Sequence record: PZ445554.1
DNA length: 64,000 nt
Source of the DNA: a phage
Strand: one strand, 5' to 3'
Part shown: one piece after another, positions 29,043 to 38,229 of the stretch
Layout of the letters: every line of letters begins with the position of its first letter
Position numbering within the stretch: the stretch's first letter is position 1
Made by a program: the position numbers and the translations under genes
The notes under the pieces: generated by a model
Database searches by the model: none
What the model saw: only the letters and a program-made list of their open reading frames with translations
What the model was told of the DNA's origin: nothing

Positions 29043-29230
29043 TATTCTACCACATATGAAAGAGAGAATATTGCACACGCCATGTGAGTTGCAACTTCAT
29101 CACACATATTATAACGTTTCTTAAGAAGTTCTACAAGTTCTTCACTAGTAACTTCATCCATGTCGACGAAAAAATCACCATTAATGATGACGTAGATATT
29201 TCCTTCTTGATTGAGTGCTTCAATTTTCAT
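29042..29230 (-). CDS. Small hypothetical protein
   Basis: Start at Met [10 protein letters not shown] with GAGGAG RBS; the longer track ORF would run through the promoter cassette. Confidence 0.45.
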
Positions 29231-29258
29231 GATGTTCTCCTCTTTATCTGATAGTTGT

Positions 29259-29288
29259 ATAGTACCACAACTCAAACGGAAAGTAAAC
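29259..29288 (-). promoter_or_regulatory. Early promoter cassette
   Basis: GTTTAC-N18-TACTAT; tetraloop hairpin just upstream. Confidence 0.6.
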
Positions 29289-29304
29289 CGGTAAAATGAA
29301 AAAA

Positions 29305-29320
29305 GTCTCCCGAAGGAGAC
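29305..29320 (-). terminator. Stem-loop (UUCG tetraloop)
   Basis: GUCUCC-UUCG-GGAGAC then UUUUUU. Confidence 0.6.
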
Positions 29321-29325
29321 TAATG

Positions 29326-29712
29326 TTATTCGAGGGAAAGAAGATACTTACTCTGGTAAAACATTCCAGTAATATCATCTATCGTGCTTTGAATGGCTGG
29401 AGGCATTTCTTTATAAATGCTGTTAGATTGGTCTAGTATACGATCAATCATTTTAATTGTGTCGGTAGGAAGTTTACTGGCATTTGGAATTGAAGGTGTG
29501 TATTTTCTACCAGAATACCCCAAATATTGCTCACCAAATTTATCAATCAAATCTGGCAACTCGGAGAAAATAAAATCGTATGCTTTGTGTCTAGCATAAC
29601 TTTTAGTTTCAAAATGCGCAGAATGAAAATAAGCTTGTGCAGCCATTAATAAACCTAAGTATTCATCTGCCTTTGAAGGTTTTCCACTTTGTGAAAAGTC
29701 GCTGAATTTCAT
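29326..29712 (-). CDS. Hypothetical protein (position of T4 rI.-1)
   Basis: 128 aa ORF immediately downstream of rI. Confidence 0.55.
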
Positions 29713-30002
29713 TCAGTCTCCAATTTAATATTCATAATTCTAGCGTATGATTGTGCCATCTCCGCGCCTCGTTCTATACATTCAAAATCAGAAGAGCACG
29801 GGTCATTTTTATAGGTCGTTCTCATAAAACTATAGAATTGTTCAGACGATTCTACGCTTTTATTTTCAAAAAGCATATAAACGTGTCTAATACCAGATTC
29901 CATAAATTTATCAAAATGAGGATCGACATTCGCTTCAATCGGTGGAGATAAAGCAAACGCTAATCCTAGCATGGCAAATAGTGCCGTTGCTTTTAAGGCC
30001 AT
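29709..30002 (-). CDS. rI: Lysis inhibition regulator RI
   Basis: 97 aa with N-terminal signal-anchor MALKATALFAMLGLAFALSPP; recognised as T4 RI. Confidence 0.85.
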   Translation of the reverse strand: MALKATALFAMLGLAFALSPPIEANVDPHFDKFMESGIRHVYMLFENKSVESSEQFYSFMRTTYKNDPCSSDFECIERGAEMAQSYARIMNIKLETE

Positions 30003-30014
30003 AAAGGCCTCCTA

Positions 30015-30227
30015 TCATTTTTGTCCTGTATTTACTTTATGCCGATGCACGGCCTTAACTTTATCAAGGTATTTTTCAAAATTTCGCAATCTAGTATAGT
30101 CTGCCGGAGATTGATTGAGTGATACTTCTCGACGCAAAGCTGAAATAACATTTCCAACTTCCCTACGAATTTCATCTAATTGAAGCACAGTAAGATTGCG
30201 AAGTTGCTTTTCAGTTAATTGTAGCAT
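30015..30227 (-). CDS. Hypothetical protein (position of T4 rI.1)
   Basis: 70 aa ORF. Confidence 0.5.
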   Translation of the reverse strand: MLQLTEKQLRNLTVLQLDEIRREVGNVISALRREVSLNQSPADYTRLRNFEKYLDKVKAVHRHKVNTGQK

Positions 30228-30269
30228 ATATACCCCTTTAGTTAGATAAACCTATTTATAACTTTTGCA

Positions 30270-30851
30270 CTAACCGAGCTTTTTAGTTAATTCATTCCAA
30301 TGTTTTCTACACAAGGAAACATAAATTTCATCGCCAATACAGATTTGATTACCCTCTTTAACTGGTGTTCCATCTTCCATTAATCGAGCTGTCATAATCG
30401 CTTTTTTACCACAATGACAAACTGCTTTTAGTTCAATAAGTTTATCTGCAATCGCCAAAAGTTCTTTAGAACCTTCAAACAATTTTCCAGCGAAATCAGT
30501 CCTTAGCCCATAAGCCATAACAGGAACATTATATGTATCAACAATTCGACTTAATTGATGCACTTGTTCAGTTTTTAAAAACTGAGCTTCATCTACAAAT
30601 ACGCAATGAATATCTTTTTGTGCTTCAGCCCATTTATAGAACTCAAAAATATCCATATCATCTGTAATAATATTCGCTTCCTGCTTAATTCCAATGCGAG
30701 AAACGACTTCACAGACAGAATCGCGAGTATCAATAGCAGGCTTAAGAACTAATACACTCATTCCACGTTCTTTATAATTATGTGCAGCAGTCAAAAGAGA
30801 AGCAGATTTTCCAGCATTCATTGCTGCATAAGTAAAAATTAAACTCGCCAT
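30270..30851 (-). CDS. tk: Thymidine kinase
   Basis: 193 aa; P-loop AAMNAGKS and C-terminal Cys cluster typical of thymidine kinases. Confidence 0.88.
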   Translation of the reverse strand: MASLIFTYAAMNAGKSASLLTAAHNYKERGMSVLVLKPAIDTRDSVCEVVSRIGIKQEANIITDDMDIFEFYKWAEAQKDIHCVFVDEAQFLKTEQVHQLSRIVDTYNVPVMAYGLRTDFAGKLFEGSKELLAIADKLIELKAVCHCGKKAIMTARLMEDGTPVKEGNQICIGDEIYVSLCRKHWNELTKKLG

Positions 30852-30852
30852 C

Positions 30853-31041
30853 TTAGTCCTTAGTTAAATTTTCTAAATATGTTTCTAAATCATTTTCAGC
30901 TTTATCGATAGATTTTACTAATTCGTAATATGTTTCGGCATCTCCATATTCAGAAGATATTTCAAAAGACAAATCCTTTTCTAAACTAATAATTTCACCA
31001 ACTAAAAATAATATTTCGTTCTTTTGTTCGCGAGTAATCAT
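30853..31041 (-). CDS. Small helical protein, family member
   Basis: 62 aa; MITREQKNEILFL. Confidence 0.5.
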   Translation of the reverse strand: MITREQKNEILFLVGEIISLEKDLSFEISSEYGDAETYYELVKSIDKAENDLETYLENLTKD

Positions 31042-31223
31042 AAGGAATTTATATAATTAATAAGTTCTTGTTCTTTATTATCGAATTCTTTAGAAAGTTC
31101 TTCGTACTCGTTTGCACTAAAAGGACCGCATTCATTACAAACTTTTTCCAATTCGCTATTTTTATCCATAACTTCGTGGATAAGAGAAAAGAGTTTGTCT
31201 TTTTGTTCTTTGCTTAGGCTCAT
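31038..31223 (-). CDS. Small helical protein, family member
   Basis: 61 aa; MSLSKEQKDKLFSL. Confidence 0.5.
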   Translation of the reverse strand: MSLSKEQKDKLFSLIHEVMDKNSELEKVCNECGPFSANEYEELSKEFDNKEQELINYINSL

Positions 31224-31393
31224 ATATTAATTTCCAGAAGTTTTAAAATAATTCGCTTTTGCTTAAATATTTCCATAGTTAAATGATCAGTATCTTTTTG
31301 ACCAATTCCAATGGCAAAACCTTTATTAGCAGCGAGTTCAATTAAATTATCAAGTTCACGTAACACTTCGTACTGTAACTCAGAACTATTCAT
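31220..31393 (-). CDS. Small hypothetical protein (57 aa)
   Basis: Below track cut-off; ATGA start/stop overlaps with both neighbours. Confidence 0.4.
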   Translation of the reverse strand: MNSSELQYEVLRELDNLIELAANKGFAIGIGQKDTDHLTMEIFKQKRIILKLLEINI

Positions 31394-31602
31394 TTCGGTT
31401 TACCTTCTTTAACGAAATCTGGATAAGGATAAAATCCCGAATAAAATCCTTCACCTTTATGATTGATGCATCCTTTATTAGAACAATAGCACCAATAATC
31501 GAAATCACAAGCCATTTCATCGTTGCATAAAGCAAAAACAACCGGCCACTTACACTTTTCACAATGGGCATTTTTAAGAATACTAGTTTGGCTCATAACC
31601 AT
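31390..31602 (-). CDS. Small Cys-rich protein
   Basis: 70 aa with nine Cys (CEKC...C...C.C...C). Confidence 0.5.
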   Translation of the reverse strand: MVMSQTSILKNAHCEKCKWPVVFALCNDEMACDFDYWCYCSNKGCINHKGEGFYSGFYPYPDFVKEGKPK

Positions 31603-31805
31603 GTCACCTTTAAGCAGTATTCTTCTACATGCTGTTTACGACCTTTCTTATCAATAAAGGTATATTCAACGAATGTTCCAATGTAGTCTTTATCTACATC
31701 ATGTGGACTATTAATTGGACATTTAGTACGGCAAATGCGTTCCCATTGACGAATAATTACTGCCTTATTCTTTGGGTCATACGGATGTGGATAATGTATA
31801 TTCAT
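31593..31805 (-). CDS. Small Cys/His-containing protein
   Basis: Start at first ATG MNIHYPHPYD. Confidence 0.45.
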   Translation of the reverse strand: MNIHYPHPYDPKNKAVIIRQWERICRTKCPINSPHDVDKDYIGTFVEYTFIDKKGRKQHVEEYCLKVTWL

Positions 31806-32269
31806 AATAACGGTTCCCAATCAACAATCACAATTTCTAATTTAGAGGAATATGTATCTAAAATCCCCTCAATAATATCCCAGTTCCCTTTACCTATGCC
31901 TGCACCAATCCTAGGCATATAGATTGTAGGTTTAATCAGTTTATTTTCACCAAACTCATTTAATTCTAACATACAATTCATTAAAGCGGAATACTCAAAA
32001 TTTGGCCCCGGTTGAAATTGAGTATAAAGATTGAAGCAGTAAGCTTTATGAGTCCTAAAGTATTTTTCATAGACTGAGTAAGAACCGAGTTTAGTTACAT
32101 CGCCCCATTCTGTCTGTAATTTATCAGCTTCCAAAATTTTAGGGAAAGCTTTGGTTAATTGACCCGCTACGCCTGAACCCATAGTATGAAAACAATTGCA
32201 TCCATGCGCAATATTTTTACCTTCAGCGAAAAGGGCGACAATATCGCCCTTGATATATTTTACAATCAT
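31802..32269 (-). CDS. Macro-domain-like protein (possible ADP-ribose binding or processing)
   Basis: 155 aa; GDIVALFAEGKNIAHGCN...MGSGVAG and IYMPRIGAGIGKG resemble macro-domain N- and C-terminal motifs; assignment by eye only. Confidence 0.45.
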   Translation of the reverse strand: MIVKYIKGDIVALFAEGKNIAHGCNCFHTMGSGVAGQLTKAFPKILEADKLQTEWGDVTKLGSYSVYEKYFRTHKAYCFNLYTQFQPGPNFEYSALMNCMLELNEFGENKLIKPTIYMPRIGAGIGKGNWDIIEGILDTYSSKLEIVIVDWEPLL

Positions 32270-32613
32270 CTAGTACTCAATCCTCGATTATAAGAATCTA
32301 CCAAACGGTCAACCATTGAATGACAAGCGGCTTTATCTTTCTCCTCCGCAACTGAGCATTCTAAGGTATTCCACTTTTTAGCATATCGTTTTAATAATGT
32401 ATCGTTTTTGTATCTGCTTGATTTATCTCTTTCTCCGTCTTTATATGCATATATTAATTTCTGTGCAAATTCAGCTTGGCATGCTTTATTTTTCCCACAA
32501 TAATCTGCCGCAGTGCGGTTTACATATTCTCTAATTTCAGTATATGATGTATCTGCTGATGCAGAAGCAGAAAATGAAATTAATCCTATACATAAAACCA
32601 AAATTTTAGTCAT
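32266..32613 (-). CDS. Secreted Cys-containing protein
   Basis: 115 aa with signal peptide MTKILVLCIGLISFSASASA. Confidence 0.5.
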   Translation of the reverse strand: MTKILVLCIGLISFSASASADTSYTEIREYVNRTAADYCGKNKACQAEFAQKLIYAYKDGERDKSSRYKNDTLLKRYAKKWNTLECSVAEEKDKAACHSMVDRLVDSYNRGLSTR

Positions 32614-33151
32614 TTACTATTTCCAAAAGTTTATTATTTTTAAGGTAATTAGCCTTTTCTAGGACTTCAGAAGCATATTTAGAACCTGCTTTAACATTCC
32701 ATCCCGAATTATAAGAGGATATTGCTTTTCTTATATCGCCCTTATGTATATTTAACCAATAAGAAAGTTCAATGTACGCCCAGGAAGCTGAATTGGATCG
32801 TTTATTCAACATTCTTTTTATTTCAGCATCAGTCATATTATAACCAAGTTCCTTAACTCTCGCTCGCATAGTAGGCAAATAATTTTGGAACATTCCATAA
32901 GCGTGATGCTTTGGTTTAGATTTTAAATTAACTCCGCCAGAGCTTTCTTGCCATAAAATGGCTGCCATTATATGACCTAATCCGCTCTTGTGGATATTTT
33001 TATGTGTTTTATATTTTCCATCCTTAGAAAATTGTTCCCCGAATTGATACGCGTAACGCATGTTATCGAGTTGGACATTACTGAAAGTATGCTCGGAGCT
33101 ATGTGCCATCATTGAAATGGCCAATAGACCAGCGAGTAGTGCTTTTCTCAT
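32606..33151 (-). CDS. Secreted lytic-transglycosylase-like (lysozyme-fold) protein
   Basis: Signal peptide MRKALLAGLLAISMMAHS; WQESSGG...AYGMFQ and YNSG motifs resemble SLT-domain catalytic motifs. Confidence 0.5.
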   Translation of the reverse strand: MRKALLAGLLAISMMAHSSEHTFSNVQLDNMRYAYQFGEQFSKDGKYKTHKNIHKSGLGHIMAAILWQESSGGVNLKSKPKHHAYGMFQNYLPTMRARVKELGYNMTDAEIKRMLNKRSNSASWAYIELSYWLNIHKGDIRKAISSYNSGWNVKAGSKYASEVLEKANYLKNNKLLEIVND

Positions 33152-33158
33152 GCTTACC

Positions 33159-33620
33159 TCATTGAGTTTTAATTACTGCTTTAGAAGCCTTTCCTGGTAA
33201 ACGACGACTGTTAATAATTGCCATCCTACATTGAAGTGACGGGTCTTTGAACTTCTCGTTAGGTTTACAAACTGTAAATCCAAGCCAAAGATTTCCATCT
33301 GTGATTTCTAAACGTCCAGGACGATATTCAACCCCATCAATAAAATCCTCGTCAATGTCAGGACGCGGAGGCATACTCAGGAATTCATTAACTTCTAAAA
33401 CATGGTCTTTTATTTTATGGAATAATTCAAAAACATATGTCTCATCAATCTCCCGCTGAATTGCGCGATCAAGAAGATGCTGAGAATATTTTAGATGAAA
33501 CGATGAGACCCTTGCTGCTTTTGATGCCTCACGAATCTCATTGTTAATTTGACGAAACTCCGACTCAAAGTGACGACGAAGCTTATTTCGACGGATAAAA
33601 ACTTCTGTATTGATAGTCAT
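33159..33620 (-). CDS. regB: Endoribonuclease RegB
   Basis: 153 aa; recognised as T4 RegB; early promoter directly upstream. Confidence 0.85.
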   Translation of the reverse strand: MTINTEVFIRRNKLRRHFESEFRQINNEIREASKAARVSSFHLKYSQHLLDRAIQREIDETYVFELFHKIKDHVLEVNEFLSMPPRPDIDEDFIDGVEYRPGRLEITDGNLWLGFTVCKPNEKFKDPSLQCRMAIINSRRLPGKASKAVIKTQ

Positions 33621-33647
33621 GTTGTTCTCCTCTTAACTGATAGAAAA

Positions 33648-33677
33648 ATTATACCACAGTCAAGAGGAAAAGTAAAC
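33648..33677 (-). promoter_or_regulatory. Early promoter upstream of regB
   Basis: GTTTAC-N18-TATAAT with TG extension. Confidence 0.65.
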
Positions 33678-33679
33678 AG

Positions 33680-33958
33680 TTATTCTTTAAATCTAATCAA
33701 TTTATTCATAGACTTTGAAACTTCTGCACGAACCTCATGTAGATTTTTGAGCTGTTCAAGACGCTGCGTATAGTAAGCAATTTCATCTTCTTCGAGACAG
33801 TCCTGCGAATCTTCTTTAAGATAACGTGCATAGTCCTGAAAAGCGTTACGGATTACTTCCTGGAAGTCATCAAGACTTTGAATTTTCTTAGGAGCAGCAG
33901 ATACACGACGAGGGGCAGTATAATACTCATAACCAAACCCTGCGCTTAATTGAGCCAT
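33680..33958 (-). CDS. Hypothetical protein (vs.3 position)
   Basis: Start at first [16 protein letters not shown]; track start is GTG. Confidence 0.45.
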   Translation of the reverse strand: MAQLSAGFGYEYYTAPRRVSAAPKKIQSLDDFQEVIRNAFQDYARYLKEDSQDCLEEDEIAYYTQRLEQLKNLHEVRAEVSKSMNKLIRFKE

Positions 33959-34224
33959 TAGTATTTTTCCTCTGGTTGGAACACTGCACGACAAGCCCAC
34001 ATACTGGCTTCTTTGAGTTTCGTTTTAGCAATAGTTAACTGATCGAGGCTTTCGGCGTAATTCTTCGCGAGTTCATCATCTTCACAGCTATCAAATGCTT
34101 CCCAAAATTCATCGTATAAAGCATCAAAGATAAGTCCTAAACGAACTTCAGCGTCTTTAATAGCATTTACTTTACCGATTTTTTCGTCGGTATGTGGCTT
34201 ATAACCTTTAATATCTTCAATCAT
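33958..34224 (-). CDS. Hypothetical protein (vs.4 position; possible Acb2-like cyclic-dinucleotide sponge)
   Basis: 88 aa from [12 protein letters not shown] with GAGG RBS; assignment by position only. Confidence 0.35.
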   Translation of the reverse strand: MIEDIKGYKPHTDEKIGKVNAIKDAEVRLGLIFDALYDEFWEAFDSCEDDELAKNYAESLDQLTIAKTKLKEASMWACRAVFQPEEKY

Positions 34225-34438
34225 ATTTGACTTCCTCACCAGTACATAAATCGTATTCAACTAAACGAATAGGTTCATGAATGCCATATCCCTGAACAGA
34301 AATTTCTGTAGTAGGATAAATTCCATTAATATCACCCATGTTCCATGCTTCGTTAAATTGCTGTTCGCCTGAATTACTAAACCATTCAGCGAAAGCATTT
34401 AGCACATCTTCAGAACCTTCAATAATTATCTTTGCCAT
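34217..34438 (-). CDS. Hypothetical protein
   Basis: 73 aa acidic ORF. Confidence 0.45.
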   Translation of the reverse strand: MAKIIIEGSEDVLNAFAEWFSNSGEQQFNEAWNMGDINGIYPTTEISVQGYGIHEPIRLVEYDLCTGEEVKYD

Positions 34439-34800
34439 TACAAACTCTCGGTAAAGGTACGAGCGATAACATCGCGCTGCTGTTCCGGAGTCAGAGAGTT
34501 AAAGCGAACTGCATAACCGGATACACGGATGGTCAGCTGCGGATATTTTTCCGGATGCTTAACTGCATCTTCCAGAGTTTCGCGACGCAGAACGTTAACG
34601 TTCAGGTGTTGACCACCTTCAATTTTAACTGTAGGCTGTTGCTCAATTTCAATTTCACGGGCATGCAAACCGTAGAAAATTTCTGGGTCTACAAAAGAGT
34701 CCTCTTTAAAGGTTTTGGAGACAATAATTCGTGCTTGAATACCATCTTCAAAATAAATAGTACCTTTATGTGTGCCTTCAAGAATTTGATATGCTTTCAT
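34438..34800 (-). CDS. Autonomous glycyl radical cofactor (GrcA/YfiD-like)
   Basis: C-terminal [25 protein letters not shown] matches the glycyl-radical motif of GrcA/PflB C-terminus. Confidence 0.8.
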   Translation of the reverse strand: MKAYQILEGTHKGTIYFEDGIQARIIVSKTFKEDSFVDPEIFYGLHAREIEIEQQPTVKIEGGQHLNVNVLRRETLEDAVKHPEKYPQLTIRVSGYAVRFNSLTPEQQRDVIARTFTESL

Positions 34801-34807
34801 ATAAACC

Positions 34808-35188
34808 TCAATTAGAAAATAAATTTATCCAAGATTGTTCTTTAATTAAAAATGGCTCAGAATCATATGCCATTAAACTTTGCGTAATTAATCCTTTAAA
34901 AGGTCCATCAATAAATTCCATGGTAAAATATGGAATTTTATTCATTAGCCGTGCATTAGGAGCAGTGCACAAAACTCTGCATCCTTTGAATACGCCTTTT
35001 TGTAATTTGTATTGCTTAGGATAAAATTCACTTAAAATGTTATTTTTTGCCAAAATTTCAAAATGATTCACCAATTTATTTTTAATAGTTTTTGGCGAAA
35101 AATAAAGATATTCGAAAAGCTGAGTGTCTGTCATCATTGCATTCCAATCACAAAAAATTGAGGACGAGTAATACCACCAATGCAACAT
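34808..35188 (-). CDS. Hypothetical protein
   Basis: 126 aa ORF; start uncertain. Confidence 0.4.
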   Translation of the reverse strand: MLHWWYYSSSIFCDWNAMMTDTQLFEYLYFSPKTIKNKLVNHFEILAKNNILSEFYPKQYKLQKGVFKGCRVLCTAPNARLMNKIPYFTMEFIDGPFKGLITQSLMAYDSEPFLIKEQSWINLFSN

Positions 35189-35673
35189 TTACTATTACAG
35201 CAGTAGTGTACAGTGTCAATATGGACACTATAAATCTTATCCATATCAGGAGATTTGACAGGCTCATCAATTATATACAAAATTCGCGAAAGCGATAAAC
35301 CTCTGAACTTGCTTCCTTTATTACCAATAAAACTGCGCACAGAATCAGTAAATAAACGAAAACGTATATCATCATTAGAATAACGCGAAAATTCCTTTTT
35401 AATGTTATTTGCAGAAATTTTAGCGTAAGCTGAAGTATTAGAAAGAACAATAACTGTTCCGCCATCATACAGCCAATTAGCAGCAAAGTTAGTCACAGCA
35501 ATTGATTTACCAGATTGACGTCCACCGTCTAGTCGAAGTGTGCAGTACTGTTTAAGTAATTCTTCAAATGGCGGGATATATTCGTTTTTACAAATTTCTT
35601 CTACTCTAGCATCAGAATGGTGTGTAAAAGCATTCATCAGGGATAGATAAGGACCAGTTAAAAATGTTCTCAT
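35134..35673 (-). CDS. Small P-loop NTPase-like protein
   Basis: 179 aa; GGRQSGKS (Walker A-like) and ILYIIDEP (Walker B-like). Confidence 0.5.
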   Translation of the reverse strand: MRTFLTGPYLSLMNAFTHHSDARVEEICKNEYIPPFEELLKQYCTLRLDGGRQSGKSIAVTNFAANWLYDGGTVIVLSNTSAYAKISANNIKKEFSRYSNDDIRFRLFTDSVRSFIGNKGSKFRGLSLSRILYIIDEPVKSPDMDKIYSVHIDTVHYCCNSKCCIGGITRPQFFVIGMQ

Positions 35674-35813
35674 TTCTTCTCTCTAAGTTTGGGCCATTCC
35701 ATGGCGCATGAATTGTCCATTTCTGTATTTACCCATTACCGCGCTTTGGCTCGACCTTATCACAGGTTGGCGGGAATCCCTCATAGAATCATGAGGTCCA
35801 GGTTGTTCCCATA

Positions 35814-36287
35814 TTATTTGAACGATTTAACGTACTGAATAGAACCTTTACTATTCACGAAAGCGATTTTACCATTTTTATTATACATGGTAGCAGTACG
35901 TTGATAGCCATAAGTTTGTTTACCAGATTGATAACCAACTAATGCAAAATTATCTTCACCCATTTTATTCTGTTTAGCGCGAATGCGTTCATGACCATGT
36001 GCCATAAGAACCTTAGCATCACCAGTTGCAATGGATCGACGAGTTTTTTCATCTTCAACTGTATTAACAAAGTCGTCAAATGAATCAAATTTAGCATGAG
36101 ATTTATTATACAATTTTCCATCTACTGCATAATTATATCCCTGTACATCCATCTCAACTTCTGTACCATCATCCAATACAGCAGTGATTTTTTGACCTTT
36201 TTTAAATTTCAAAAGATCAGTAAAAGATTCAGCAATAATTTGAGAATTAATAGCTGCTTCAGTAATAAATTCTTGATATGTTTTCAT
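35814..36287 (-). CDS. Internal protein (IP-like) with capsid targeting sequence
   Basis: N-terminus MKTYQEFITEA is the T4 internal-protein targeting leader cleaved by the prohead protease; AAGGAAA RBS. Confidence 0.65.
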   Translation of the reverse strand: MKTYQEFITEAAINSQIIAESFTDLLKFKKGQKITAVLDDGTEVEMDVQGYNYAVDGKLYNKSHAKFDSFDDFVNTVEDEKTRRSIATGDAKVLMAHGHERIRAKQNKMGEDNFALVGYQSGKQTYGYQRTATMYNKNGKIAFVNSKGSIQYVKSFK

Positions 36288-36296
36288 ATGTTTCCT

Positions 36297-36713
36297 TTAA
36301 ATGTAAATATTTTTGCCGTAATACTTGTACCAGTGTGGCTTCATTAAAATTTTTTCATCAAGTCGTTGTTGACTCAATTTAATAGCTGATTTGCATGGAT
36401 TATAATCATTTTTCCATTCTGCTGGAATATCGCTGATGTCAGGAACTTCAGTATCTTTTATACTGAACCCGCGTTTTAAGCATTCCGTTATAATGTCTAA
36501 TTGACGCTTTCGCAAAAATTCTAACTTATCGTAAAAGAAAGTAACATGACCAGAACCTAAAATAAATTTAGAAGATATTTTAAAATCTTTAACGCGCTTA
36601 CCGTTTGCCACATGCTTACGAACTATACCAAAAACACGTGGCAATTCACGGTATTCTGCTATTAAATGTTGATCAGCAAGTTCAGATACTAAAGTCAAAT
36701 TAATACGAGTCAT
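36297..36713 (-). CDS. denV: Endonuclease V (pyrimidine dimer DNA glycosylase)
   Basis: 138 aa; [17 protein letters not shown] recognised as T4 DenV with substitutions. Confidence 0.88.
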   Translation of the reverse strand: MTRINLTLVSELADQHLIAEYRELPRVFGIVRKHVANGKRVKDFKISSKFILGSGHVTFFYDKLEFLRKRQLDIITECLKRGFSIKDTEVPDISDIPAEWKNDYNPCKSAIKLSQQRLDEKILMKPHWYKYYGKNIYI

Positions 36714-36738
36714 TTTATCCCTCCAAGTAACTGTGAAT

Positions 36739-36768
36739 ATACTATCACAATTCTAGGAGAAAGTAAAC
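36739..36768 (-). promoter_or_regulatory. Early promoter upstream of denV
   Basis: GTTTAC-N18-TAGTAT. Confidence 0.55.
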
Positions 36769-36772
36769 AACT

Positions 36773-37303
<531 letters not shown>

Positions 37304-37759
37304 TTAAAAGAGGTTGTTCATTATTCGGTAAAGTGAAGGACCCATCACATATTGCCACTGAGTACGAGGAATAAGAGCAAAAGCATCCATCTCTGGAATC
37401 ATAACGCCATCTTTATTTTCAAAATAAGACTCACAATAGCAATTTCTGAACATCTCATGCTCTACTGGAATCGTATAATAAAATAACTGTAAGTCTTTAT
37501 TACTAGAATATTTAAATACACCTAGGTCTTCTAGAAGGTCTGGATTATAATTGCTAAAACCAGTCTCTTCTAAGCATTCTCTTCGTGCTGCATCTAGTGC
37601 GCTTAAATCAGAATTTTCTACGCGGCCCTTTGGAATATCCCAACGATGTGCCATCATTCCAGGCTTACGAGAACCAGTAACCCGACCCATAAATAAATCT
37701 TTATCTTCTGTCATAAAGATAATACCAGCTGATAATGTTTTCATTTTAATTTCCTGCAT
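37304..37759 (-). CDS. nudE: Nudix hydrolase
   Basis: 151 aa; Nudix box GRVENSDLSALDAARRECLEETGF. Confidence 0.8.
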   Translation of the reverse strand: MQEIKMKTLSAGIIFMTEDKDLFMGRVTGSRKPGMMAHRWDIPKGRVENSDLSALDAARRECLEETGFSNYNPDLLEDLGVFKYSSNKDLQLFYYTIPVEHEMFRNCYCESYFENKDGVMIPEMDAFALIPRTQWQYVMGPSLYRIMNNLF

Positions 37760-38229
37760 TCAGTGATAAAGTTATTTAAATTTTGAGCATATTTCTTTTC
37801 ATCAAAAATCTTTTGTTGTCTGCGTAACCGCCATGGCATTTCAATGAACACACACCATATTCCGGATAATATTGCTGCAGTAAAAATATTAACAAATATA
37901 GTACAAAGAGCCCAATCTCCTATTCTGTCCATTGGATTTTTTCCAAAGAAGTAAAATACGAATGATGACGCAGGAAGACTAATGATATACCACAGAAGCA
38001 TATTCTTATCCGTAAACCATTCAGCGTTCGTTAACTTAGCACGACCGTTTTGAATACAAACGAATTTATCGTCTGTTACAGTAGATGGCTTAACTGCTTG
38101 ATATCCCATTCTAAACTCCCTAATCAACAAATTTTTCATATCTTCGGAACAGCCATTCCAATCAACTCTATCAACTGGAATGCCATCATCTCCATCATCT
38201 AAATCATACCAGCGAGTTTTTAAAATCAT
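37741..38229 (-). CDS. Membrane protein, tandem paralog array member
   Basis: 162 aa; hydrophobic helices; C-terminus NNFITECRKLK. Confidence 0.5.
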   Translation of the reverse strand: MILKTRWYDLDDGDDGIPVDRVDWNGCSEDMKNLLIREFRMGYQAVKPSTVTDDKFVCIQNGRAKLTNAEWFTDKNMLLWYIISLPASSFVFYFFGKNPMDRIGDWALCTIFVNIFTAAILSGIWCVFIEMPWRLRRQQKIFDEKKYAQNLNNFITECRKLK

